Positions 9,966-18,736 of a stretch of 64,000 bases of DNA are shown here, in pieces. A model generated the notes under the pieces. The model did no database searches and was not told where the DNA came from. It saw only the letters and a program-made list of their open reading frames with translations. Origin of the DNA: Bacteroidota bacterium (lineage in GTDB: Bacteria; Bacteroidota; Bacteroidia; UBA8524); contig SBGR01000034.1 in assembly GCA_006226545.1 (NCBI GenBank), positions 2,864-66,863 of the forward strand, given 5' to 3'. The position numbers were made by a program, and so were the translations under genes. The stretch's first letter is position 1; each line of letters starts with the position of its first letter.

Positions 9966-10305
9966 TGTTAACCAATATTCATGCCGATTAGTTCAAGTTG
10001 CGCGTAAGAATGTCTAATCTGTTTTGAAGTGCCTCCGGACTCAGGTTGATTTTGTAATGCACCTTGAAGTACCGTTGTAAGGTTGGCGCAGAAACCTGCT
10101 TCTTGTCTACCGCCTTTTTCAAGCGATTTTGAATGATGTCTTTCATTATTAATTCCCCGATACAATGGTACAACAGCATCGAATAAAAGATGTTTGACAT
10201 GCGGAATAGATTTGCGCATTTCGGGAAAAGGCTCGCGCTCATCGAATTATAAATTTTGCAATCTGCCTGCTTTGGTTAATATTGTGATGACGAAATGATA
10301 ATTCT

Positions 10306-10779
10306 ATGAAAAAGAACATTACCCTCTTAATGTCTATCCTTTTTGTTGGCCTGTTTACTTTCTCTTCTTGTTCAAAAGACGATGATCCAAGCACAGGTGG
10401 AACTACAGCAAAAACGGAAGCTATCTCTTTTAAACTTAACGGATCTGACTTCAGCGTTGGAACATTTAACCAAGACCTCGATGAAATCAGCAACTTTATT
10501 GAATTGACAGCGAATGGTTCTGACCAGGTAACAGTTCTCTCTTTGTTCTTAGACGTAAACGGCGACGGTAACTTAGACGTTACTGATCCGCTCGAAGCCA
10601 GTGTTACCCTTCAAATTGGAGGCAACCTGTACGTAGGAAAAAGTGGTTCTGTAATCATTACGAGCAACGATAAAGCTGCCCGTACCATGGAAGGTACCTT
10701 CAGCTTTGTTACTACTGATAACGCGCAGACTCCAACTGACTTCACTATTTCTGAAGGCAAGTTCTACGCGAAATACTAA
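10306..10779 (+). CDS. Hypothetical lipoprotein
   Basis: 157 aa with a signal peptide and lipobox FSSC. Followed by a strong terminator. Confidence 0.5.
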   Translation: MKKNITLLMSILFVGLFTFSSCSKDDDPSTGGTTAKTEAISFKLNGSDFSVGTFNQDLDEISNFIELTANGSDQVTVLSLFLDVNGDGNLDVTDPLEASVTLQIGGNLYVGKSGSVIITSNDKAARTMEGTFSFVTTDNAQTPTDFTISEGKFYAKY

Positions 10780-10809
10780 GCGCTCTTAGAATAAATACCA
10801 ATAAATAGA

Positions 10810-10839
10810 AAAGCCGGCACCTAGAGCCGGCTTTTTTTT
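10810..10839 (+). terminator. Intrinsic terminator between convergent genes
   Basis: 9-bp stem AAAGCCGGC (10810-10818) / GCCGGCTTT (10826-10834) with a 7-nt loop, then a T8 run that reaches the xth stop codon. Confidence 0.8.
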
Positions 10840-11620
10840 ATGCCTTTAAGTCAATACTCATCGGACAATGGTCCGAATGTTTAGCCTCCGGTAAAATAGT
10901 TGCTCCTTCAAGTGAAGAGGTAAGGTTATCGGTTAACATGATATAATCAATGCGCCAGCCTTTGTTTCTTGCACGCGAATTCGCTCTATAACTCCACCAG
11001 GTATAGTTATCCGGTTCCGGATGCAGCATTCTGAAGCTGTCGTGGTAACCTTCTGCAACGAATTTATCGAACCATTCACGTTCTTCAGGTAAGAAGCCCG
11101 AAGAATCTTTGTTGCTCACCGGGTCATGGATGTCTATCGCTTTATGACAAATATTATAATCGCCACAAAGCACCAAGGCCGGCAACTTCGCTCTTAATTC
11201 ATTGGCGTAGTTCAAAAAGAAATCTAGCCATTCCATTTTGAAAGCCTGGCGTTCGTCTCCGGAAGAACCACTGGGGTGGTAAATGCTCAACACAGAATAG
11301 GTTGGATAATCTACACGAATCACCCTGCCTTCTCTATCGAAACGCTCATCGCCACAACCGTATTCCACGTGGATCGGTTCTTCTTTACTTAAGATAGCCA
11401 CCCCTGAATAGCCCGGTTTTTGGGCAGAATACCAGTAGTGCTTATATCCGAGGTGATCAAAGATGGCAGTATCTACTTGCTCTTTAAAGGCCTTCGTTTC
11501 TTGTATGCAAACAACGTCGGGGTTTTCTTCTTGCAGCCATTGCGCAAAGCCTTTGTTCAAGGCCGCCCTTATACCGTTCACGTTATAGGTGATGATCTTT
11601 TTTGTTGACATGGCCTGCAA
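10838..11620 (-). CDS. xth: Exodeoxyribonuclease III (AP endonuclease)
   Basis: 260 aa with the ExoIII/EEP motifs YNVNGIR, CIQETK, GDYNICH and KHSDHCP. Confidence 0.9.
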   Translation of the reverse strand: MQAMSTKKIITYNVNGIRAALNKGFAQWLQEENPDVVCIQETKAFKEQVDTAIFDHLGYKHYWYSAQKPGYSGVAILSKEEPIHVEYGCGDERFDREGRVIRVDYPTYSVLSIYHPSGSSGDERQAFKMEWLDFFLNYANELRAKLPALVLCGDYNICHKAIDIHDPVSNKDSSGFLPEEREWFDKFVAEGYHDSFRMLHPEPDNYTWWSYRANSRARNKGWRIDYIMLTDNLTSSLEGATILPEAKHSDHCPMSIDLKA

Positions 11621-11664
11621 TTTCAGTGATTCTGAACGGAACTCAAAATAGCTATATTGCGCCC

Positions 11665-12402
11665 ATGCAGTACCTACTCTTTTATGTGTTAGCGCTTTTT
11701 GCGGAGGTTGTAGGTACCGTTGGTGGTTTCGGCTCTTCTGTTTTTTTTGTACCGATAGCGAATCAATTCTTCAGTTTCCATGAAGTATTGGGCATCACCG
11801 CCATGCTTCACGTGTTTAGTAACCTGAGCAAACTCCTGCTCTTTCGCCACGGCATCGATAAAAAATTACTAATGCAGTTAGGCATTCCCGCTGTCGTTTT
11901 TGTGCTGATAGGGGGATTTCTAACTCGTTATTTCGACAATACCAAACTCGAGCTATTCCTGGGCATTTTCCTCGTATTAACCAGCCTTTGGTTTCTAATA
12001 AACCGTTCCGATAAAGTAGAAGCCACGCGAAGAAATGCCATTAGCGGCGGCATTCTTTCCGGATTCATGGCCGGTTTCCTTGGTACCGGTGGAGCAATCC
12101 GCGGACTTACCATGGCTGCTTTCGCTATGCCGAAAAGCATTTTCATCGCTACCTCAGCCGCCATAGACATGGGGGTGGACGTGAGCCGGGCCGTGATTTA
12201 TTTGGAAGCCGGTTATTGGAAAGCAGAAAATTGGGTACTCTTGCCTTGGCTCATCGCCATAAGCTTTGTGGGCAGTTACCTGGGTAAACGCATCCTGAAT
12301 CACGTTAGCGAAGACCGCTTCCGCACCATCAGCCTTTACCTGATTTGCCTGGTAGGAATTCTATCGATGGTGAAGCCTTTGATGGCCCTTTTTAGTAGTT
12401 AA
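11665..12402 (+). CDS. TauE/SafE family sulfite/anion exporter-like membrane protein
   Basis: About 245-aa polytopic protein with glycine-rich helices (VGTVGGFGSS, GFLGTGGAIRG) typical of the TauE family. Trimmed to the ATG at 11665, so it no longer overlaps the xth start. Confidence 0.75.
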   Translation: MQYLLFYVLALFAEVVGTVGGFGSSVFFVPIANQFFSFHEVLGITAMLHVFSNLSKLLLFRHGIDKKLLMQLGIPAVVFVLIGGFLTRYFDNTKLELFLGIFLVLTSLWFLINRSDKVEATRRNAISGGILSGFMAGFLGTGGAIRGLTMAAFAMPKSIFIATSAAIDMGVDVSRAVIYLEAGYWKAENWVLLPWLIAISFVGSYLGKRILNHVSEDRFRTISLYLICLVGILSMVKPLMALFSS

Positions 12403-14443
12403 TCAACCACTCCAATTTAGCAGCCACTTTATCGGCATTTGGAAGCATTTCCTTTTCCAAGCCCATGTTCAATGGAACAGCCGGAATATCTACGCTACCC
12501 AGTGTTTGAACCGGTGCATCCAGTTTGGTAAAGCATTCTCTAGCGATTCGTCCAGCGAGTGCTTCTGCAAAGGAGTTACGTAAAGTCTCTTCGGTCAAGA
12601 CCAAAACCTTACCGTGCTTCTCTGCTTGAGCAAACACCGCTTCTTCGTCGCAAGGATTTAAGGTTCTCAAATCGAGGATCTCTACCTGGCCTTTGAAGCG
12701 AGCTGCTGCTGCCTTGGCCCAATAAACGCCCATACCGTAGGTGATTACGCCCACAGATTCGCCATTCTCAATGGCTTCTGCATCGGCTGCTACCACAATA
12801 TTGGCTTTGCCCAAAGGCACGATATAATCTTCTGAAGGCTCCACCATCTTAGCCGATTCCGTTCCCGGAACCTTGCTCCAGTAAAGTCCTTTGTGCTCGA
12901 ACATCACCACCGGGTTTGGATCGTAGTAGGCCGCTTTCATCAAGCCTTTCATGTCGGCCGCATTACTTGGGTATACTACTTTGATTCCCTTGATCGGTAG
13001 GATGCTACTTTCAACGGTACCGCTGTGGTATGGACCGCCGCCGCCATAAGCACCCGTTGGCACGCGGATTAGCGATTGCACCGGATATTGACCATTGGAG
13101 AGGTAACAGCTCTTGGAAAGCTCGGTTACCAATTGGTTGACGCCCGGCCAGATATAGTCGGCAAACTGTATTTCTACAATCGGCTTTGCCCCAACTGCAC
13201 TGAAACCGGCGGTTGAGCCAATGATATAAGCTTCTTGAATAGGGGTATTAAAAACACGGTCGTCGCCGTACTTTTTACCCAGAGTTGCTGCCTCACGGAA
13301 AACACCGCCCAGACGTGCCCCCACATCCTGACCGTATAATAAGGCTTCCGGATGTTTCTTTAAAATTTCATCGATGGCAAACAAAGCGGCATCTACCATG
13401 ATAACCGGATCTTTGCCTGATGGGCTGCGTTCGCCCTGTTCTTCTGTAATCGGCGTTGGCGCAAACTCATGCAGCGTTAGCGATTCGGGTGTTGGATCAT
13501 CGGCAGCCTTCGCTCTTTCAAAATCGGCTTCTATGTTTTTTCTGGCTTCCGCAACAATCTCATCCAGCTCTGCCTCTTCCACGCCAAGGTCGAGCAAAGT
13601 TTGTCTCAAACGCGGATATGGGTCAGTCTGCGAATGCAGGTTTAAATCTTCATCGGTACGGTAAAACTCTTTTCTAACCCCGCTGGTATGGTGGCCCAAT
13701 AAAGGCACGGTAGCGTGGACCAAAATCGGTTTGCGTTTGCTACGCACGTAGTCGAAGGCCTTGGTTAACTCTTCGTAGCATTCTAAGAAATCCGTGCCGT
13801 CCATGCGCACGCGTTTCATGCCCTTAAAGCCTGAAGCGTATTCGTAAGCGTCCATGGCGCGCATCTCTTCGCTTGTAGCGGAGATTCCCCAGTTATTGTC
13901 TTGTACGAGGTAAACGATTGGCAAGTCTTTCAAAACCGACATCTGGAAAGCCTCGGCCACCTCTCCTTCGGTAACGGAACCATCACCAAAAGAACAAAGC
14001 ACGATAGGTTTCTCTAGCGTTTCTATCAGCTTCTGCGATTCCAAATAAGCGATACCGTGCGCCATGCCTGTTGCCGGAATAGCTTGCATGCCTGTAGCCG
14101 AACTTTGGTGCGGTATCTTTGGCATGTGTTCACGGCGTAGCGAAGGGTGAGCATAATACGTTCTGCCTCCGGAGAATGGATCGTCTTGCTTCGCTAAAAG
14201 TTGAAGCATCAGCTCATAAGGCGTCATACCCATTCCCAATAACATAGCCTCATCGCGGTAATACGGAGCAGCGTAGTCAATCGGTTTCAATAACATCCCT
14301 GCAGCCAACTGAATTGCTTCGTGGCCTTTGGAGGTTGAGTGAACGTATTTGGTGATTTGACGGTTCTCGTCATAAATATCAGCCATGGCCCTGGCGTGGC
14401 TCATGGTGGTAAATACTTGTAGAAGAAGTGATTTATCTATCAT
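12392..14443 (-). CDS. Fused 2-oxoacid (branched-chain/pyruvate type) dehydrogenase E1 alpha+beta subunit, TPP-dependent
   Basis: The N-terminal half has the E1-alpha TPP motif (FGDGSVTEGEVAEAF...VQDNNWGISA). The C-terminal half is E1-beta-like (LYGQDVG..GGVFR, NTPIQEAYIIG, VEIQFADYIWP). Trimmed to the ATG at 14443 (MIDKSLL...). Confidence 0.85.
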   Translation of the reverse strand: MIDKSLLLQVFTTMSHARAMADIYDENRQITKYVHSTSKGHEAIQLAAGMLLKPIDYAAPYYRDEAMLLGMGMTPYELMLQLLAKQDDPFSGGRTYYAHPSLRREHMPKIPHQSSATGMQAIPATGMAHGIAYLESQKLIETLEKPIVLCSFGDGSVTEGEVAEAFQMSVLKDLPIVYLVQDNNWGISATSEEMRAMDAYEYASGFKGMKRVRMDGTDFLECYEELTKAFDYVRSKRKPILVHATVPLLGHHTSGVRKEFYRTDEDLNLHSQTDPYPRLRQTLLDLGVEEAELDEIVAEARKNIEADFERAKAADDPTPESLTLHEFAPTPITEEQGERSPSGKDPVIMVDAALFAIDEILKKHPEALLYGQDVGARLGGVFREAATLGKKYGDDRVFNTPIQEAYIIGSTAGFSAVGAKPIVEIQFADYIWPGVNQLVTELSKSCYLSNGQYPVQSLIRVPTGAYGGGGPYHSGTVESSILPIKGIKVVYPSNAADMKGLMKAAYYDPNPVVMFEHKGLYWSKVPGTESAKMVEPSEDYIVPLGKANIVVAADAEAIENGESVGVITYGMGVYWAKAAAARFKGQVEILDLRTLNPCDEEAVFAQAEKHGKVLVLTEETLRNSFAEALAGRIARECFTKLDAPVQTLGSVDIPAVPLNMGLEKEMLPNADKVAAKLEWLINY

Positions 14444-14785
14444 TATTTCAGCCTGCAAGTATACGAAATCGCCCCAAGAAGGGCAGGATGAATGAGCTTG
14501 AAAGTTTGAAGAGTTAGGTTTTAAGTGATTGGTGATGAACAGGACCTTCACCTCAAAAGCCTCTAACGTAGACGAAAGATTTGGTGCGTTTTTGTGCGGC
14601 CTGAATTCAAAATTCAAATTCTCTTCGCTTCAAAATACACCTCAGCAAACAGAATCACGCACCCTGAAAACCCAACAATACCATCGGTAAATTTTAGTTG
14701 CTCCTTGATTAGCTTACACTTAATCCTTTCTTAATTAAGTTTTAACTTGCATAGCTGTTGTAGTTTTTGAAACTTTGGGAAACCC

Positions 14786-15133
14786 ATGACACAGTCCATA
14801 AAAATTGACAAACAAGGCTCTAATGCCATTTTGCGTTTTCAAGACACCAAAAATTTAGACGCAAACAATGCTCACCGCATCAAAGGTGAGGTTCGCGGTA
14901 TCTTGGATCCGGGAATTAAAAACCTACTCATCGATTTGGGCACAATCCACTTTGTAGACAGTACCGGCTTTGGCGCTCTAATCGCGATTCTAAAAACCAT
15001 GAAAAGTCAGGGTGGTAAATTGATTTTATTCAACGTGAGTAATGAGTTGGAAGAATTGATGGACCTCATGCAGTTGCTCACCGTCTTCGAGGTGAAGCCT
15101 ACTGAGAAAGAAGCCTTGGCATCACTCAACTGA
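14786..15133 (+). CDS. STAS-domain anti-sigma-factor antagonist (SpoIIAA/RsbV-like)
   Basis: 115 aa with the conserved phosphorylatable-Ser context FVDSTGFGALI. Confidence 0.85.
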   Translation: MTQSIKIDKQGSNAILRFQDTKNLDANNAHRIKGEVRGILDPGIKNLLIDLGTIHFVDSTGFGALIAILKTMKSQGGKLILFNVSNELEELMDLMQLLTVFEVKPTEKEALASLN

Positions 15134-15141
15134 ACCAGCCC

Positions 15142-15642
15142 ATGCTTTTTATTCGAAGTTTCCCTTGCAAGCTCGATCAAACAGAGCAGCTAGCCCAGTG
15201 GCTTCAAGAAGTAGCCACCGCCCTCGAAGTTATCTCCTACAACAGATTGCGTTTTGTGATTCACGAAGCCTTTGTGAATGCATGTAAATATTCCGATAAC
15301 CCGGACAACTCCATCATCGTTATGATTAGACGAAAGGAGAACATAGAAATTGTAGTAACCGATACCGGCCGTGGCTTCGCCATACCGGAGATGCTCAGCC
15401 GTTTCGACCAAAAAGCCATTGGCCAAACCTGGAAATTGGCAGTTGACCGCGATACCATGGTTCGTGCTAAGCTCGAAGCTCCACATACCATCGGATTCTA
15501 CTTGGAATCGGAAGAGATGGCTCAGCTCGAACCGGAGCTCAAAGAAAACCACCGCGGGTTGATCAGCATCTTGAAAACAGCTAAAAACCTCAGCTACCAC
15601 TTCGTCCCTAACTCCTTCAACTACCTGCAAATCACCTGCTAA
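15142..15642 (+). CDS. RsbW/SpoIIAB-like anti-sigma serine kinase (GHKL ATPase)
   Basis: 166 aa with an N-box-like HEAFVNACKYS and a G1-box VTDTGRGF. 8-nt gap from the STAS gene. Confidence 0.7.
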   Translation: MLFIRSFPCKLDQTEQLAQWLQEVATALEVISYNRLRFVIHEAFVNACKYSDNPDNSIIVMIRRKENIEIVVTDTGRGFAIPEMLSRFDQKAIGQTWKLAVDRDTMVRAKLEAPHTIGFYLESEEMAQLEPELKENHRGLISILKTAKNLSYHFVPNSFNYLQITC

Positions 15643-15645
15643 ACC

Positions 15646-17190
15646 ATGTCTGCCAGCGGCTTCTCCAATCAGAAAAAGATACGACTGCTGGCTATTGAGC
15701 CTCGCGAATCCATACAGGCCCTTATCAAAGAAGCCTGCCGCAACTTCGGATTCCTATGCGAGACTTTATCCGACTCTGGTGGTGCTCAAGCCCTACTTAG
15801 CAAACGCTTTTATAGCTTTATACTTTATAATACCCAAGCCGTTCACGGACGGAACAGTACCTTCTTGGGGAATTTGCGCAATATCCGCGGTTATGAAAAG
15901 GTGCCGGTGATTGCACTAAGCTCGGATACCGGACCGGAAAAGACGGCAGAACTACTCGACGACGGCTGCCATGCGGTGCTGCCAGAAACCACCAGCGTAA
16001 AGGTGATTCACTCCTACCTGAACCTGTTTTTACGTCGCGACCTCTACGGACAATTTGCCGAAACCGAGTTCTTACGAAAGGACTTGAACCAGAAGAAGGG
16101 CGAAATCATCTTGTGCAGTACCTCGAAGGAAATACTGGATATTCCTACCCAAGACCTGAATGCCATCACCCATGTGGTGACCAATGAAAATGAGCTTTTC
16201 CACTTGCTCTATGCCGGCAATATCTGGATGGTACTTGTTGGACTCCAAGCTCGCTGGGCTTTAAACATAGTAGGCCGACTCAAAAACGATCCGGCCCTCG
16301 ATATTCAGCTCATTCTCTTGCGCAACAGCAATGTATTGGATGCCTCTGTTATTGAGTTTTTCAACCAAGGGGGAAATGATTTGATGTCGGTAAATAAACC
16401 CGCTTTTATCTTAAGCCGACAGATCAACTCCAGGCTGGAACGCGAATTCTATTTCAAAGACAAGTATGTTTCGGCGCTGAAGTCGGCCGCCAATAAACTA
16501 CCGATTCGTTCGGAAGAACGCATGAACCTGCACGCCGAACCTTGGCTGGTGGATACCTTGCACATTCCGCACAAAGAGGTGCCGGGTGGCGATTTTTACG
16601 AGATCATCAACCTACCGGATAATTCCAAGGTTTTGATTTTAGGCGATGTGATGGGCAAAGAATGGGGAGCTTGGTTCTTCTCACTAGCGTACATGGCTTA
16701 TATCCGCAGCTCCATCCGTTTGATGGTGACCCAATACGAGTGGGACATGCAGAAGGTGATGGAAGAGTTAAACGATGTGATGTTGCGCGACTTCAAATTG
16801 GCCGAAGTCTTTACCACCCTAACCATGGTCTACTTGCCCGAAGGCAAAGAAGAACTGCATTTGGCCTCCGCCTCCGGGCTGCCATTAATCCACTACAAAA
16901 AGGAAAGCGATGACTTTGATGAAATCAAGGTGAGTGGACCGCTACTCGGCTTAAAAGAAGAAGCGCGCTACGAAGTGAAAAAGCTAAAACTGAATACCGG
17001 CGATATGCTTTGGCTCTTTACCGATGGCTACTTGGAAGAAAAAAGCCCGAACGCCCTGAAAACCTTAGAAGAATGCCTGCGTAAAGAAGGCCCATCTTCT
17101 TCACTCCAGATGCTCGACAAAGAATTGGAAGCACAACGTTTCAGCCAACGCTACGAGGATGACCGGACGCTGATTAGGATTGTGGTGTAG
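15646..17190 (+). CDS. PP2C/SpoIIE-family phosphatase (RsbU-like) with two N-terminal receiver-like domains
   Basis: 514 aa. The C-terminal SpoIIE motifs are GGDFYEII, LGDVMGKEWGAWFFS, LFTDGYLE and DDRTLIRI. The N-terminal ~270 aa form two CheY-like repeats. 3-nt gap from the kinase gene. Confidence 0.8.
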   Translation: MSASGFSNQKKIRLLAIEPRESIQALIKEACRNFGFLCETLSDSGGAQALLSKRFYSFILYNTQAVHGRNSTFLGNLRNIRGYEKVPVIALSSDTGPEKTAELLDDGCHAVLPETTSVKVIHSYLNLFLRRDLYGQFAETEFLRKDLNQKKGEIILCSTSKEILDIPTQDLNAITHVVTNENELFHLLYAGNIWMVLVGLQARWALNIVGRLKNDPALDIQLILLRNSNVLDASVIEFFNQGGNDLMSVNKPAFILSRQINSRLEREFYFKDKYVSALKSAANKLPIRSEERMNLHAEPWLVDTLHIPHKEVPGGDFYEIINLPDNSKVLILGDVMGKEWGAWFFSLAYMAYIRSSIRLMVTQYEWDMQKVMEELNDVMLRDFKLAEVFTTLTMVYLPEGKEELHLASASGLPLIHYKKESDDFDEIKVSGPLLGLKEEARYEVKKLKLNTGDMLWLFTDGYLEEKSPNALKTLEECLRKEGPSSSLQMLDKELEAQRFSQRYEDDRTLIRIVV

Positions 17191-17219
17191 ATTCAAGTTT
17201 TTCCTTTTTCATACCCCGA

Positions 17220-17468
17220 ATGGAACTGTTGCTTAGTATTGAGAGTTTATTAAAAGAATTGAGAAGTTCTGAATCAAAAGGATTTCAGATTTCAAAAAGA
17301 AATGGCTACTTATCGAGCACTTGGTTGCTTTACAAACAAGACGGGTTTTATTACCTATTCGACATCAATGAAAAAATTTCATTTACGAACCAGTTCAAAT
17401 ATGATGAATTGGAATTGAAAAATGAGGTTCAAGGCTGGTTGTTTGTAATTGAACTTTCTATAAGTTGA
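17220..17468 (+). CDS. Hypothetical small protein (AT-rich islet)
   Basis: 82-aa ATG-initiated ORF with no recognisable motif. Its 3' end overlaps the convergent nuclease-like gene by 11 nt. Confidence 0.3.
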   Translation: MELLLSIESLLKELRSSESKGFQISKRNGYLSSTWLLYKQDGFYYLFDINEKISFTNQFKYDELELKNEVQGWLFVIELSIS

Positions 17469-17928
17469 TTTGATATTGTATCCTTCTGTTTTTAATTATT
17501 GATTCTAATTCTTTTATGGTCAATAATGCAAATGACGACCCTTTTTCATGTAAGCTTACAAAACAGAATCTAAATCTATCCCCGAGTATTTTCCCAAAAT
17601 TGAATTCATTTTCAGTAGCTCCGAAGAAAAATCCTTTCGGGTTTTCAGGAAGGAACTTTTTTGTTGTTTTCAATTCAACCAAAATCAAATCCTCTAAGTA
17701 GGTCTTAATAAACTGAGCATCTATTTTTTCACCTAACATGTTCGGTATATATATCAAATCAAATGACTGAAGGAATTTGTGTTCAACATCCAATAAGTCA
17801 AGGAGTTCTTTTTTCGTTGCTAAGTCAATTTTAAAGAAGCCAGTGTAGTTCTCTAATAGGAAGTTTACCCCTTCCTTTTCAGTGACATTATTAGACAATG
17901 TTAATGTAAACGAATGTTTTCTTGACAT
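17458..17928 (-). CDS. Minimal PD-(D/E)xK-fold nuclease-like protein (DUF3883/Mrr-cat-like pattern)
   Basis: 156 aa. The motif order is FDLIY (Asp) ... LILVELKTTKK (E-x-K) ... FFFGATENEFNFGKILGDRFRFCFVSL, resembling the iEvKtt / f.lt.nE / y.l.vV core of restriction-endonuclease-like domains. Its ATG overlaps the stop of the HTH gene (TAATG). Confidence 0.5.
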   Translation of the reverse strand: MSRKHSFTLTLSNNVTEKEGVNFLLENYTGFFKIDLATKKELLDLLDVEHKFLQSFDLIYIPNMLGEKIDAQFIKTYLEDLILVELKTTKKFLPENPKGFFFGATENEFNFGKILGDRFRFCFVSLHEKGSSFALLTIKELESIIKNRRIQYQINL

Positions 17929-18197
17929 TATCTATCCGTCTTAAAGTCATAAGTCCTGAATGTATGTTTAGGATTTACCTTTGAAAGGTCAAGAAGCTCG
18001 GAAACTGTCATTTCGAACGCCTTGGCAAACACTGCCATATTCAAAAGGGAAATGTTCCTTTCACCCCTTTCAATCATCCCTATGTATGTTCTATGAAAGC
18101 CTGTGATGAATGAAAGTTTCTCTTGACTAAGGTTCTTTTGTTCTCGAAGATTTCTGATTCGTAACCCAAATTCTTTGACTAACGCCTCATTTAGCAT
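17928..18197 (-). CDS. XRE-family HTH regulator, R-M controller (C-protein)-like
   Basis: HTH_3 signature LREQKNLSQEKLSFITGFHRTYIGMIERGERNISLLNMAVFAKAF. About 89 aa from the ATG at 18197. The ORF-track version extends to a TTG at 18233. Confidence 0.8.
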   Translation of the reverse strand: MLNEALVKEFGLRIRNLREQKNLSQEKLSFITGFHRTYIGMIERGERNISLLNMAVFAKAFEMTVSELLDLSKVNPKHTFRTYDFKTDR

Positions 18198-18207
18198 ACT
18201 AACAAAC

Positions 18208-18224
18208 GTATACACATTGTATAC
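18208..18224 (-). promoter_or_regulatory. Candidate operator palindrome GTATACA-N3-TGTATAC upstream of the HTH gene
   Basis: Perfect 7-bp arms with a 3-bp spacer, 11-27 nt upstream of the ATG at 18197. On the coding strand its right arm runs into TAcgTTTG, which matches the Bacteroidetes -7 box TAnnTTTG. Confidence 0.35.
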
Positions 18225-18334
18225 ATAGATCAACAGACAATTAGTATCAAGGCCGGCTCAATTTTTCAGCACAGCATTCCAGAATAGGTTAATTACAATA
18301 TTTAAGAAATTGATTCTAACTTCGCTTTTAACCT

Positions 18335-18736
18335 ATGCTACCCCAAGCTCTTGCCATACTCCGCCTTTTACTTGTCTTACCCTTCCTTCTACCCCCAATT
18401 TTATGGATAATAAACTTTAATAGCTCAAGGGGGCCGAGTATTATTGAGTTCCTCTTACTAGCACCGATTATTTTAGTTGTAATAGGCCATCACCTCTTCA
18501 AGTCCCTTTCAATCCTTGACTTTAAAATACGCGGAAAGTTCAAATGGCTGTACACCCTTGGTGCTGGTTTCTCCCTTTTTGCCTGCATCTTAATTCTTGG
18601 ATTAACCGTAAGCCAACTGTACATGAATGGATTTAATACCATGCAGTCGATTTCATTTGCTTATACACTGCTCTTCCTGCTATTCTCTATACAAGACGTT
18701 CGAGAATGGGATAAAGGTTATGCAAGACGCCATTAA
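18335..18736 (+). CDS. Small 4-TM membrane protein, unknown function (AT-rich islet)
   Basis: 133-aa hydrophobic ORF, divergent from the HTH-nuclease pair. Confidence 0.45.
   Translation: MLPQALAILRLLLVLPFLLPPILWIINFNSSRGPSIIEFLLLAPIILVVIGHHLFKSLSILDFKIRGKFKWLYTLGAGFSLFACILILGLTVSQLYMNGFNTMQSISFAYTLLFLLFSIQDVREWDKGYARRH

Noticed and set aside
9968-10493. Three overlapping 83-84-aa minus-strand ORFs upstream of marR, including a possible 52-aa product MKDIIQNRLKK... starting at 10146
   Set aside because: They overlap one another and the start of the plus-strand lipoprotein gene. I saw no recognisable domain or RBS/promoter evidence. The 52-aa version might be real, but I cannot support it from sequence alone.
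11602-11664. N-terminal extensions in ORF-track entries (for example 11602, 14617, 20923, 29314, 40018, 51851, 52036, 56988, 57823, 58722)
   Set aside because: Most begin at TTG or at an upstream ATG, overlap the neighbouring gene or promoter, and precede a clean signal peptide or conserved N-terminus. They were trimmed to the downstream ATG. The true starts still need experimental or comparative confirmation.
15190-15630. 146-aa ORF antisense to the RsbW-like kinase gene
   Set aside because: It lies completely inside a gene with GHKL motifs that belongs to a tightly spaced operon, so it is a shadow ORF.
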